Shown here one piece after another: positions 23,889 through 36,450 of a DNA stretch of 64,000 bases. The notes below the pieces were generated by a model. That model made no database searches. It worked only from the letters and a program-made list of their open reading frames with translations, and was not told the DNA's origin. The stretch covers positions 310,001 to 374,000 of the forward strand of contig NW_027590138.1 of the NCBI RefSeq assembly GCF_964213995.1, read 5' to 3'. Position 1 is the stretch's first letter, and every line of letters starts with the position of its first letter. Made by a program: the position numbers and the translations under genes. The DNA is from Mustelus asterias. Taxonomy: Eukaryota.

Positions 23889-24799
23889 CTCAGTTCTCAA
23901 TCTGATTGACAACACAATCCAATCTCTGGAGTTGACTGTGAATTTGCTGGTGTCTCAGCAGATTGGATGACTGAGTAAATCCCATCGCACACACAGAACA
24001 CGTAAATGGTCTCTTCCCAGTGTGAACTCACTGGTGTGTCAGCAGGTTGGATGACCGAGTGAATCTCTTCCCACAATCATTGCAGGTGAACAGCCTCTCC
24101 CCAGTGTGAACTCGCTGGTGTCTGAGCAGTGCTGATGATTGAGTGAATCTCTTCCCACACCGAGAGCAGGTGAATGGTCTATCTCCCGTGTGAGTGCGCT
24201 GGTGAACGGTGAGATGAGATGATCGCCTGAACCCAGTTCCGCAGTGAGAGCACCTGAACGGTCTCTCGTCAGTGTGAACTTGTTGATGGTACATAAGTTC
24301 CTGAGAGGTTTTATAACTCTTCCCACAGTCCAGACATTTAAACGGTCTCTCGTCAGTGTGACTTCTTTGATGTGTTGTCAGGTTGGATAAATTAATGAAT
24401 CCTTTCCCACACTCGGAGCAGGTGAATGGTCTCTGCCTAGTGTGAATTCGCTGGTGTGTTAACAGCGTGGGTGACTGAGTGAATCCCATCCCACACACAC
24501 AGCAAGTGAATGGCCTCTGCCCAGTGTGTGTGCTGGTGTGTCAGCAGGGTGGATGACTTAGTGAATCCTTTCCCGCAGTCCGAGCAGGTGAACGGCCTCT
24601 GCCCGGTGTGACCACGCCGATGAGTTTCCAGCTGGGATGGATAATTGAATCCCTTCCCACAGTCCTCACATTTCCACAGCTTGTCCCCATCATAACTGCA
24701 TTTATGTTTTGACAGGGCAGATGATCGATTGAATCCCTGTCCACACACAGAACACGAGTAGGGTTTCTCTCCGCTGTGAACGGTGCTTTTTTCTTCCAT
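23889..24799 (-). pseudogene. C2H2 zinc-finger pseudogene A (10 finger repeats)
   Basis: [12 protein letters not shown] start; frameshift ~24530; TGA at 24028-24030; splice acceptor at 24909. Confidence 0.9.
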
Positions 24800-25099
24800 G
24801 TTTAAAATATGACAATATTCAGGTTACGATAAATTAGCCGACAGTATCATTCCCTAATGTGATGTTTGGTTTCAGTTTCCCAACTGCAAATCGTCCCCTT
24901 CTAAAACCCTGTGAAATTGATTTAAAACAGAAAAAAGGGAGTGAGAGAGAACCCACAAAAGCACAAAGACAGGTTGTGAAATTGAGCTGAATGAATCTGG
25001 TCACTTGTGGGGCCGGCACTGGGAAAAAGTGACCATGAAAACTGCTGGATTCAATTGATTCACTCATGTCCTTCAGGGAAAGAAACCTGCCAACTTGTC

Positions 25100-25352
25100 T
25101 GGACTCTGCACCCAGGTCCTATCCCCGGAGCCCCACATATCCTGTTACTTCCCCGAACCTACACATCTTGGGGCACTAAGGGGCAATTTAGCATGGCCAA
25201 TCCACCTAGCCTGCACGTCATTGGACTGTGAGAGGAAACAGGAGCACCCAGATGAAAACCCACGCAGACACGGGGAGACACAGTCACCCGAGGCTGGAGT
25301 TGAACCTGGGTCACTGGAGCTGTGAGGCAGCAGTGCTAACCACTGTGCTACC
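25100..25352 (-). mobile_element. HE1-like SINE
   Basis: Reverse complement of the SINE head and body. Confidence 0.75.
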
Positions 25353-25544
25353 CTTTTTCAAAGAACTGGAACAATTTTGTGAAATGTCTGGGACTATTTT
25401 ATTTTGTTAAAGACACAGTATGAATACAAATTATCTTCGCTGCCCTGATTTTGTTGTTCTGCTCATCAGTAAGAAATTGGAAGTGAAAGAGTGAAACAGT
25501 TTGATGGACAAGTTGTTCAAATTCTGTCACTGGGAAGAATTTCA

Positions 25545-25800
25545 AAACATGGCCCCTCACAAACATGGCGGCTACGCATGCGCCCTGCTGTTCCACCTCT
25601 TCAATTCCTCTCCGATCTCCCATCCGCCAAGGAACAGCAGCCGGGCAGAGCGGGCAAGAGGTGACACCAAGGAGAGCAGCAGCCGAGAGGGTTACAGCGA
25701 ACCCTGGTGGACTGGAGGGGAAACAGCAGCAGCACAGTCTCTGCGCAAAGGCTTCCGCAGTTCAGCTGCTCAAAGACTCTGAGAACCTCTTCAAATGTAA
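25545..25800. promoter_or_regulatory. Putative promoter/first-exon region upstream of ZNF-A
   Basis: CpG-rich; YY1-like AAACATGGCGGC (25561-25572); paralogous inverted copy at ~36020-36530. Confidence 0.5.
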
Positions 25801-25825
25801 ACTTCAGCTTCTCACATTCACATAT

Positions 25826-25940
25826 CCATCCCTTCCTCCATCCATCTCGCCCTCCCTCCCTCTCTCCATCCATCCCTCTCCCTCCATCCACCCCTCCTTC
25901 CATCCATTTCACTATCCCTCCCTCTCTCCATCCATCCTTT
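25826..25940 (+). repeat. (CCAT/CCCT)n pyrimidine-rich simple repeat
   Basis: Direct inspection; inverted paralog at 35926-36020. Confidence 0.85.
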
Positions 25941-26229
25941 CCGACAACAAGAACCATTCACTCTGCACAGCAGTTTCACCCTCATTCCTCCAGTCAGTAT
26001 TCCAGCCTTCATCACATCCACTCTGCTCCCAGATATTTTAGACCAATAGATATTACAATTCAAACTTCACAATCTCTACAATTTAATATTTGTTCAGTAA
26101 CCTTATAGACAGCAGAGAAATCATCAATTCCAAACCAACCCGAGCGAGAGGATATATTTATACATTTTCTCATTTCACAATAAAACCCACGCACTGAGTT
26201 TCAAATTTGCTTCTGTCATTATTTTAGTG

Positions 26230-27489
26230 ATGATGTGGAGATGCCGGCGTTGGACTGGGGTAAACACAGTAAGAAGTCTCACAACACCAGGTTAAAGTCC
26301 AACAGGTTTATTTGGTAGCAAAAGCCATTTGCTTTCGGAGCACTGCTCCTTCATCAGGTAAGTGGGAGTTCTGTTCACAAACAGGGCATATAAAGACACA
26401 AACTCAATTTACAGAATAATGGTTGGAATGTGAGTCTTTACAGGTAATCAAGTCTTAAAGGTACAGACAATGTGAGGGGAGAGAGGGTTAAGCACAGGTT
26501 AAAGAGATGTGTATTGTCTCCAGCCAGCACAGTTAGTGAGATTTTGCAAGCCCAGGCAAGTCATGGGGGTTACAGATAGTGTGACATGAACCCAATATCC
26601 CGGTTGAGGCCGTCCTCATGTGTGTGGAACTTGGCTATCAGTCTCTGCTCAGCAACTCTGCGTTGTCGTGTGTCTTGAAGGCCGCCTTGGAGAACGCTTA
26701 CCCGAAGATCAGAGGCCGAATGCCCGTGACCGCTGAAGTGTTCCCCAACAGGAAGAGAACATTCTTGCCTGGTGATTGTCAAGCGGTGTTCATTCGTCCG
26801 TTGTCGTAGCGTCTGCATGGTCTCCCCAATGTACCATGCCTCGGGACATCCTTCCCTGCAGCGTATCAGGTAGACAACATTGGCCGAGTTGCAAGTGTAT
26901 GTACCGTGTATCTGGTGGATGGTGTTCTCACATGAGATGATGGCATCCGTGTTGATGATCCGGCATGTCGTGCAGAGGTTACTGTGGCAGGGTTGTGTGA
27001 TGTCGTAGTCACTGTTCTCCTGAAGGCTGGGTAGTTTGCTGCGGACAATGGTCTGTTTGAGGTTGTGCAGTTGTTTGAAGGCAAGAAGTGGGGGTGAGGG
27101 GATGGCCTTGGTGAGATGTTTGTCTTCATCAATGACATGTTGAAGGCTCCGGAGGCGATGTCGTAGCTTCTCTGCTCCAGGGGAGTACTGGACAACGAAG
27201 GGTACTCTTTCCGCAGTGTCCCGTGTTTGTCTTCTGAGGAGGTCGGTGCGGTTTTTCGCTGTGGCGCGTCGGAACTGTCGATCGTTGAGTCGAGCGCCGT
27301 ATCCTGTTCTTATGAACAGGATTATGTAAATTATGTAAATTATTTTGTAAATTGACTGTGTGTCTTTATATGCCCTGTTTGTGAACAGAACTCCCACTCA
27401 CCTGACGAAGAAGCAACGCTCTGAAAGCTAGTAGCTTGTGCTACCAAATAAACCTGTTGGACTTTAACCTGGTGTTGTGAGACTTCTCA
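26230..27489 (-). mobile_element. Penelope-like retroelement, 5'-truncated, with inverted 5' pseudo-LTR
   Basis: GIY-YIG endonuclease ORF (NVVYLIRC...WYIGET...RQRTNEH...GLNRD); inverted terminal copy 27350-27489; 13-bp duplication CATTATTTTAGTG at 26217-26229 and 27490-27502. Confidence 0.92.
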
Positions 27490-28922
27490 CATTATTTTAG
27501 TGCCCAGCAGATTATTTGGACTGAAATTGGTCTCAGTCTGTCTCTGTGTTGTGAGTGTGTGTGTATTTGTGAAGTCAGAGTGTTTTTTTGTCTGCATGTC
27601 TGTGTGTGCGAGTTTGCCTGTGTCTGTCTGAGAGTGCATTTCTGTGAATGTGTTTGTCTTCGAGTTCGCCTGTTGCTATTTCTGAGGTTGGTTTCAATTC
27701 TCTAAATAGATTCGTCTGCGTTAATATAAAAAAAGGAACAAGAAAAATACAGCAGCACAATCCTCCTACGTTTCTATGTTTGAAAATGACCCTTCAGTAG
27801 CCTGAGGGTTCAGTGATCTCCCAGGCAGAGGCCATTTACCTCACTTCGCCACTAGAGGGAGCTCCCTCACTGTGATTGTGTGGAATGAAGGAGTCTTGTG
27901 TTATTGTCAGTATTTTCATGTTTAAAAGATGTTTTTGTTAAAAGCTCATTGTCCGTCCAGTGACTGTTCATCCACATTTCTAAAACAAAAAGGTCAAAGT
28001 TACGGTCAATTGAGCCAGAGTTTTATTCTGGGACCTTCCTGTCCAGAAGTAACATCAGCTGAGATTGTAACTTAGCAGCAGAAACCCATCTTCTGTTCTA
28101 TTCCCCCAATTCCCATGAAACAGTTTTTAAGATTTGGGTGAGTTTGTATAAAATTGACAAAGGTGGAGATTCAAGACACTTAACAAGTGAATAAAGGCAA
28201 AAGATTCCACAGATTCTGAACAAACAAATAAACTTTATACAGTGAGAAAGGGAAAACAAGTTACAATATGTGGAAGGTAAAACATTCAAGGACTTTAGAG
28301 AGGAAAGGGAGATGGGATGGTAGTTTACAAGGGCTTGTGTCAAAGATATTTTATTGAGAAGTGGGTGATGATATCGGATTTGGAGGAGAGGAAGATATTG
28401 GCAATATCAGCTGATATGGAGAAGTTGTGCTGTCAGTAGCTCAGTGGGAATAGGATTGAGGGATCAGGAGATGGGTCTCATGGGCAATATGAGCTCTAAG
28501 AGGACATGAGGGGAGGCAGGAGAGAAACTGCAGAAAGATGAGAGTTCAGAGCTCAGATAAAGGGCAGCGTTAGAGGAGGTTTGTTCCAGTGAGTTAGGGG
28601 AAGGAGGGAAGCAGGAGAGGCAGCTGATTGGATTGTCTCAAACTTAGTGACAAAGAAGATTGTGAGTTTTATTCCTAATGAGCACTTGCGGGGAAGTGAA
28701 GCTGGAAGAGGGACAAAGGGAGAGCAACTCAAAAGGAATTCAGTTGTGCTGATGATATTAAAAAGATTCACAGTACTGAACACAAAGATAATTGATTTGA
28801 CTTTTATTCAGAATATTAAACCGTATAACTGGCTGGAGTTCATTAACATCAACAAAAACAAACGCAATGAACATATTACAGTCCTGGATAGGATTAACAG
28901 CAGATTCCAATCACTGTGGTTA

Positions 28923-29621
28923 CTATTGAATTCTTTGGTGTCTAAGCAGGTAGGATGACTGAGTGAATCTCTTCCCACTCTCAGAGCAGGTGAATGGCCT
29001 TTCCCCAGTGTGAGCTCGCTTGTGTCTCAGCAGGCTGGAGGACTGAATGAATCCCTTCCCACACTCGGAGCAGGTGAATGGCCTCTCCCCAGTGTGAATT
29101 CGCTGGTGTACAGTAAGGTTATGTGAATGCTGGAACCCAATCCCACAGTGAGAGCACCTGAACGGTCTCTCATCAGTGTGAACACGTTGATGGGACATCA
29201 GTCCCCAAGAACTTTTGAAGCACTTCCCACAGTCTGAGCATTTAAAAGGTCTCTCATCAGTGTGAACACGTTGATGGGACGTCAGTTCCCAAGAACTTTT
29301 GAAGCACTTCCCACAGTCTGAGCATTTAAAAGGTCTCTCATCAGTGTGAACTCGCTGATGAGTAAGTAGGTTGGATGACTGAGTGAATCTCTTCCCACAC
29401 TCAGAGCAGGTGAACGGCCTCTCCCCAGTGTGACTGCGCTGATGAGTTTCCAGCTGGGATGGGTAATTAAATTCCTTCCCACAGTCCACACATTTCCACA
29501 GTTTTTCCATGGAGTGACTGTACTTACGTTTTGACAGGCCAGAGGATCGGCTGAAGCCTCGTCCACACACAGAACCCGTGTACAGTTTCTCCCCACTGTG
29601 AATAGTGCTTTTTCCTTCCAT
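28923..29621 (-). CDS. C2H2 zinc-finger protein B (6 intact + 2 degenerate fingers, no effector domain)
   Basis: Open [15 protein letters not shown]..., TGERPF linkers; acceptor at 29729. Confidence 0.88.
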   Translation of the reverse strand: MEGKSTIHSGEKLYTGSVCGRGFSRSSGLSKRKYSHSMEKLWKCVDCGKEFNYPSQLETHQRSHTGERPFTCSECGKRFTQSSNLLTHQRVHTDERPFKCSDCGKCFKSSWELTSHQRVHTDERPFKCSDCGKCFKSSWGLMSHQRVHTDERPFRCSHCGIGFQHSHNLTVHQRIHTGERPFTCSECGKGFIQSSSLLRHKRAHTGERPFTCSESGKRFTQSSYLLRHQRIQ

Positions 29622-30083
29622 GTTCAAAATCCACTGATATTCAGTTATGATAAATTGGACGACTCTGGCAGTTCCTGATATGATATTTACTTTCAGTTTC
29701 CTGACTGCAAATCGTCCCCTTCTAGTCCCTGTGAAACTGATTTAAAACAGAAAAAAGGGGATTGAGAGAGAACCCATAGAGACAGGTGATGAACAGAGTC
29801 CAGACCGAAGCAACAGTAAAAAAAAAACACGCAGGAGGCCAGGAACCGAGTTCTGCATCCAACACGCAGCCTGATTCAAACCGGCTCCTAACTGTGTTTC
29901 TAAATTCGAACCTATAAAACAATAACACAGAAAACTCTGTGGAGACGGTATCTTCGACAAAAAACAAATCCTCGAGATATTCAGCAGACTAGGCAGCCTG
30001 TGAGAGTTACAAACAGAATTGAGGGCTCAGATTGCTGACTTGCCTTCAGTCTTTAATGAAACATCTAGAGTCAGGCACTGACT

Positions 30084-30109
30084 AATGGCGGTCACAATTC
30101 CCACAATGC
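30084..30109 (+). promoter_or_regulatory. YY1-like plus ZNF143/SBS-like motif
   Basis: AATGGCGG then GTCACAATTCCCACAATGC (cf. ACTACAATTCCCAGAATGC); second copy at 31519-31537 near a minus-strand donor at 31434. Confidence 0.5.
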
Positions 30110-31058
30110 TCTGCGCCCCAGGAACCCCTCTATTCAAAAGTTGTTCACCGTAATTCACTAATCATAGAATCCTTCCAGTGCAGAAAGAGGCCATTTTACC
30201 CATCGAGTCTCTACTGACTCTGAGAGCATCTTTCCCAGGCTCACCTCCTATCCCAGTAACCCCACGCATTTACTCTGCTAATCCCCATCCTGACCTTTTT
30301 CTTCATCCTGCCTGCAACCGCAACAATATATTCTGTACCCTTACTGTGCAAACTCCACAGAGACAGTCACCCACCGCTGGAGTCGAACCCTGGCGCTGTG
30401 AGGCAGCAGTGCGAACCACTGTGCCACAGTGAAGGGAGTTTGCCGCAAATTTCGGGTGATAACAATGGGCTGGATGTTGCTCAGAATGTGGAGCACTGCA
30501 GCAAAGTACAGAGAGACAGAGCAGCAAACTGGACTGAGAAATGGAGTCTGCAGACTGGAACTGGCAGCATGAGGAGAGGTTATTTAGTCTAACACTCACA
30601 GCAATCTACAACCCACCCCCATTACCGAGACAGTGAGACAGAGATTACAAACACTCACCAACACAGCTCCACTGAAACGTCCCAGGAAAAAGGGGGAATC
30701 TGTGGCAGTTCATGTCCTGATATAGCCCCAGGACTGTCACTCAAACCCCCAACCTGGCCCAGTTCACAGCTCAGCCTCTCAGCTTGCAGCTTCCTGCACC
30801 TTGAGCCAACCCTGTCCAGGTGTGGGAGGGATGTGGAACCACAGAGTGGGGGGAGGGGTGACCTCCTGCTGTGTCCCAAATAGTTTCTCCTTCCCCTCCC
30901 CCTTGGCGCTCTAAGGTCTGAATGTGGATGTGTTGATGGACATTGCAGAGCCTCACTGAGCTGCGCCTGTCCCTTATCCTGGGTCACCCCCTCCCCCTGG
31001 GTTCAGTGTGTTCAGTTCGCTGCTTCTTTCCCTGCTGAGCTGAACCTTCAGTTCATCA

Positions 31059-31230
31059 AAAACAGAAAGTGCTGGAAAACCTCAGCAGGTCTGACAGCAT
31101 CTGTGATCATCCAGACTGGAAACATTAACTCCATTCTCTCTCCACAGATGCTGTCAGACCTGCTGAGATTTTCCAGCATTTTCTGTTTCTGTTTCAGATT
31201 CCAGCACCCGCAGTATTTTGCTTTTATCTT
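31059..31230. mobile_element. Short non-autonomous repeat as an inverted pair (family also at 31795-31950, 32288-32340, 55950-56035, 56238-56322)
   Basis: AAATGCTGGAAAATCTCAGCAGGTCTG.CAGCATCTGT in both orientations. Confidence 0.7.
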
Positions 31231-32339
31231 CATTTAAACAAGCATTCTTTGATGGCCTTTACCCTCCGTGCTCCTTTCCAGAGCTTCCAACCTTCTGCTA
31301 TTGTCCCTGACTCCCACATTAACTCTGTCATTCCTCCCCTTTACCCCGCTCACCCTGTCTAAAGTCAGGGTCAGAGTTTTACCGCCATCTCCCCCTCCCC
31401 CAGCTCCTACATCCCAACACCCGGAATCTCTCACCCAGCGGTTCCAGTTTGTCTGGTTTGAGTTCAGATTTGCCGCAGCACCGACAGGATTTCACTTCAA
31501 ACCAGCCGGAACTGACTGCTCACAAATCCCAAAATGTTTCTCCAGCAGCCCTGGCTTGTTAATGTTGTTTAAAGTCAGCGCCCAAATGCAGTTACTCTCC
31601 TCAGTTTAAAAAAACTTATCCGTTTAATCTAAAGTATTATTCGCACCAGACGCAAACACAAAATTGTGAACGTTACCCCCCCCCCCCCCCAGACCCGAGC
31701 TGGGGTGTCCTGAGTAAGAGACATCTGTTCCAGGTGTGACAATTCTTACACATTCTCTGGTTGGAAATATTCATGAATGAAAGCAAGTTGCTGCTTTTGT
31801 CAAAAGGGTCACTTGGACTCGAAACCACAGCTCTTTTTGTCTCCTTACAGATGCTGCCAGACCTGCTGAGATTTTCCAGCGTTTTCTCTTTTGGCTGGAA
31901 ATGCTCAACAAGTCAGGCAGCCTCTGTGGAGAGAGAAACAGACTGAATGTGACCTGTCATCGGAACTGGGAAATATAATATTATTTCCCGCAACTGAAAG
32001 AGACACTTTACAGCCTTCAGAACAAAACTGAGCTCAACAATTTTACACCACAATCTCTGCCCCCATTGTGATCTGTGTTTCGTTGCTGCTTTTTTCACCT
32101 CATTTCCCTCTTGTTTACTTTACATTCAGACTATCGCTCACCAGCTATTCACACCTCATCCAGAACATCTTTTGTGTCTTTACTTGTTCAATTACCACTC
32201 GTTTTGGTCTTGGGCCGTGAAAGTCAGTTTGCAGATCTTTCATTTTGTTCTTCTCCACCTCCCTCTCTCAATTCATCAGAGGTCAGTCTTTGACAAAGGG
32301 TCATCTGGACTCGAAACGTCAGCACTTTTCTCTCCTGAC

Positions 32340-32818
32340 AAATGCCCGTGACCGCTGAAGTGCGTCATGGGCATTCAGCCTCTGATCTTTGGGTAAACAT
32401 TCTCCAAGGCGGCCTTCACGACACACGACAGCGCAGAGTCGCTGAGCAGAAACTGATAGCCAAGTTCCGCACACATGAGGACGGCCTAAACCGGGATGTT
32501 GGATTTATGTCACACTATCAGTAAACCCCACAGCTTGCCTCCTGGACTTGCTGGCTGTCCTGTCTGGAGACAATACACATCCCTTTAACCTGTGCTTAAT
32601 GCTCCCTCCACTCACATTGTCTGTATCTTTAAGAACTGGTTGGCTGGAGAGATTTGCATTCTAATCAGTATTCTGTAACTTGATTTTGTGTCTCTTTGCC
32701 CTGTTTGAGAGCAGATTTCCACTCCATCTGACGAAGGAGCAGCGCTCCAAAAGCTAATGGTATTTGCTATCAAATAAACCTGTTGGACTTTAACCTGGTG
32801 TTGTTAAAACTGTTACTC
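32340..32818 (+). mobile_element. Penelope 3' fragment
   Basis: RRVAEQKLIAKFRTHEDGLNRD plus terminal repeat. Confidence 0.9.
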
Positions 32819-32877
32819 TGAATATATCCCCATCGCTCCGGGTGGGAGTGGAATTGATAATTTCTTGACTGTCTGTC

Positions 32878-33486
32878 TGCACTGCTGCCTCACAGTGCCA
32901 GGGACCCGGGTTCAATTCCCAGCTTGGGTCACTGTCTGTGTGGAGTCTGCACGTTCTCCCCGTGTCTGTGTGGGTTCCCTCCGGGTGCTCCAGTTTCCTC
33001 CCACCGTCTGAAAGATGCGCTGTTTAGGTGCATTGACCCAAACAGGTGCTGGAGTGTGGCGACTCGGGGAATTTCACAGCAACTTCATTGCAGTGTTAAT
33101 GTAAGCCTTACTTGTGACTAATAAATAAATTTAACTTTTAACTTTAATTTTGTGAACTCATAGAATCGTAGAATCTTACAGTGCAGAAGGAGGCCATTCA
33201 GCCCATCGAGTCTGCACCAACCACAATCCCACCCAGGCCCTATCCCCGTAACACCACATATTTAACCTGCTAATCCTCCTAACACTGGGGTCAATTTTGC
33301 ATGGCCAGTCAACCTAAGCAGCACATCTTTGGACTGTGGGAGGAAACCGGAGCACCCAGAGGAAACCCACGCAGACACAGGGAGAATGTGCAGACTCTGC
33401 ACAGACAGTGACCCAAGCCAGGAATTGAACTCAGGTACGTGGCGCTGTGAGGCAGTAGTGCTAACCGCTGTGCCACCATGCCGCCC
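32878..33486. mobile_element. Two tail-to-tail SINEs (+ 32878-33130, - 33160-33486)
   Basis: tRNA-like heads at the outer ends. Confidence 0.8.
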
Positions 33487-34407
33487 TCATCTCCTTGAAC
33501 AAATAGTAAATTGTAGAGATTATAACGTTTGAATTGTAATATCGAATGGTGTAAAGTATCTGGGAGCAGAGTGGATGTGATAAAGGCTGGAATACAGACT
33601 GTGGGAATGAGGCTGAAACTGCTGTGCTCAGTGAATGGTTCTTATTGGAGGGAGGGATGTAGCGGGATCTTCCTTGTTACTCCACTTACAGGCCGATGTT
33701 TGAGGGTCTGCCGATAGCTGCGAGTGTCTCTCCCTTACAGGCCTTGAAATTTCAAAGGCTGGGGAATGCTGCACTGGGGCAACTCCGCAGGAGAGAGCGC
33801 TGAACCAGGCTCACCGTTTATACCTGACCGGTAACCTCATACTTATATCACACAGCCATCCCAAAACCACCACCAAGGCCTGAGTGATTCTCTCCCTTGT
33901 CAGTGGGACAATGGCCACCCTGCACCCACTCCACTCGAGTAGGTCTCCAAGAGAGAGAACAGAGAGACTCTGTTCTTTATCTCCTGACCAGCAGTCTCCC
34001 TTGAGTGAGCGGGTTCGAATCACTCAGATCACCCTCGGTTCTAGACTCCGGATTTATGGTAAGGGATATTGAAACTGTGACCTCGTCAGAGTGCACTGAT
34101 GAGAGAACAAGAGGCAAGACAAACTCCAAATGAGTTTCAAAACTTACAGTGATTTATTTAACAATAAAATCAACCTCTTCAATACCCCACCACACATGAA
34201 TAAAACTTATACTTTATACTACACTATGGGAGAAATGCTAATGGGTACAACGTATTACTGAACTTTAAAATTACAATACACCACCCCATCCCTTGCCTCA
34301 ACCTCTATCCTATCCTCGGGAGCTTCGCAAGGTTGGCTGGGATACTCACAATTCTAAAAGGGGTTCCTTTGTGGTCGGCTCAAATGTCTTAGTGCAGGGT
34401 CGAAACT

Positions 34408-34890
34408 GAAGAGAGCTTGGTTCTGCTTGTCTGTGTCACTGCTTGCGATTCTGGAAGAGAGCTTGGTCCTGCTTGTCTGTGTCACTGCTTGTGATTCTGG
34501 AAGAGAGCTTGGTCCTGCTTGTCTGTGTCACTGCTTGCGATTCTGGAAGAGAGCTTGGTCCTGCTTGTCTGTGTCACTGCTTGCGATTCTGGAAGAGAGC
34601 TTGGTCCTGCTTGTCTGTGTCCCTGCTTGCGATTCTGGAAGAGAGCTTGGTCCTGCTTGTCTGTGTCCCTGCTTGCGATTCTGGAAGAGAGCTTGGTTCT
34701 GCTTGTCTGTGTCCCTGCTTGCGATTCTGGAAGAGAGCTTGGTCCTGCTTGTCTGTGTCCCTGCTTGCGATTCTGGAAGAGAGCTTGGTCCTGCTTGTCT
34801 GTGTCACTGCTTGCGATTCTGGAAGGGAGCTTGGTCCTGCTTGTCTGTGTCACTGCTTGCGATTCTGGAAGAGAGCTTGGTTCTGCTTGT
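34408..34890 (+). repeat. 46-bp minisatellite, ~10.5 copies
   Basis: Unit GAAGAGAGCTTGGTCCTGCTTGTCTGTGTCACTGCTTGCGATTCTG at exact 46-bp period. Confidence 0.97.
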
Positions 34891-35288
34891 TTGACTCTCA
34901 GCTCAATTTAACAAAAACACCTTCCCTGCCCCCGTAGGTGATTTTCAAGGACAATGGGGCTTTCGATCACCGGCAGTTTCAGTTTAATTTAGTCAAGTCC
35001 ACACACAAAAGGCTGGAACTGCCTTGACCCCCCGTGGGTCGTTATTTCAATGTCTTCTGTGGATGGGCCGATTTCTGTGGCCATAGACTCCCTGCTGGTC
35101 TGTTTACTGTCCTTTGTCCTTCTGATGATTCGATCACTGGTGTGTCTGCCTTTTTGGCCACTTGCATATTCAGGGGGCTCACACCTTTTTTTCTCTTCGC
35201 ACAGCCCACCGACAGGTTATGTTTGTCCTGCCGAGCCTTCTGGGAGGTTTTTATCAGCCAGCAGCCAGAGTTGGCCACTTTTAAACTG

Positions 35289-35859
35289 CTACGACAACAT
35301 GAATGAACACCGCTCGACAATCACTAGGCAAGACTGTTCTCTTCCTGTTGGGGAGCACTTCAGCAGTCACGGGCATTCAGCCTTGGATCTTCAGGTAAGC
35401 GTTCTCGGCCTTCACGACACACGACAGCGCAGAGTCGCTGAGCAGAAACTGATAGCCAAGTTCCGCACACATGAGGACGGCCTAAACCGGGATGTTGGAT
35501 TTATGTCACATTATCAGTAACCCCCACAGCTTGCCCCCTGGACTTGCAGAATCTCATTAGGTGTTCTGTCTGGAGACAATACACATCTCTTTAACCTGTG
35601 TTTAATGCTCCCTCCACCCACATTGTCTGTACCTTTAAGACCTGGCTGGTTGTAGGGATTTGCATTCTAATCAGTATTCTGTAACTTGATTTTTGTGTCT
35701 CTGTGCACTGTTTGAGAGCACATTTCCATTCCATCTGACGAAGGAGCAGCGCTCCGAAAGCTTATGGTATTTGCTACCAAATAAACCTGTTGGACTTGAA
35801 CCTGATGTTGTGAGACTTCTTACTGTGTTCACCCCAGTCCAATGCTGGCATCTCCACAT
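35289..35859 (+). mobile_element. Penelope 3' fragment nested in the LTR
   Basis: GIY-YIG C-terminus; 13-bp duplication CACTTTTAAACTG at 35276-35288 and 35860-35872. Confidence 0.9.
35731..35767 (+). ncRNA. Minimal type I hammerhead ribozyme (Penelope terminal repeat)
   Basis: CCAT-CTGACGA-A-GGAGC-AGC-GCTCC-GAAA-GCT-T-ATGG. Confidence 0.8.
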
Positions 35860-36128
35860 CACTTTTAAACTGTCAGGTTTCTCCTGAGTCCTTTTAAAAT
35901 ATGGAGGATTGCCCTGAAACTTACAGGGATGGGAGGAGATAGAAAGGGATGGATGGTGAGAGGGAGGGATGGAGAAGGGAGGGAGAGTGAGGTGGATGGA
36001 GAGAGAGAGGGATGAATGGGGGTGAATGTGAGAAGCTGAAGTTTACATTTGAAGAGGTTCCCAGTCTCTCTGATCAGCTGAACTGGGGAAGCTTTTGCGC
36101 AGACTGCACTGCTGCTGTTTCCCCTCTT

Positions 36129-36450
36129 GTAAGAAGTCTCACAACACCAGGTTAAAGTTCAACAGGTTTATTTGGTACCAAATAAACCTGTTGGACTTTA
36201 ACCTGGTGTTGTGAGACTTCTTACTGTGTTCACCCCAGTCCAACGCCGGCATCTCCACATCACTTTTAAACTGTCAGGTTTCTCCTGAGTCGGGTACACC
36301 TGTTCGGGTACACTGAGGGAGAATTCAGCATGGCCAATGCACCTAACCATAATGGTATTTGCTACCAAATAAACCTGTTGGACTTTAACCTGGTGTTGTA
36401 AGACCTCTTACCGTGTTCACCCCAGTCCAACGCTGGCATCTCCACATCAT
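36129..36450. mobile_element. Composite Penelope-end insertion with 96-bp palindrome and locally copied fragments
   Basis: See finding; flanked by TCCCCTC duplication. Confidence 0.8.

Larger units (their letters stand above)
33658..35925. mobile_element. Solo-LTR-like element containing a minisatellite and a nested Penelope
   Basis: TGTA...TACA termini; 4-bp duplication GGGA (33654-33657, 35926-35929); absent from the paralogous segment at 25650-26100. Confidence 0.75.

Noticed and set aside
34408-34890. CRISPR-like array or repeat-protein gene
   Set aside because: Contiguous tandem units with no unique spacers, in a vertebrate context. The ORFs arise from a nearly stop-free 46-mer.
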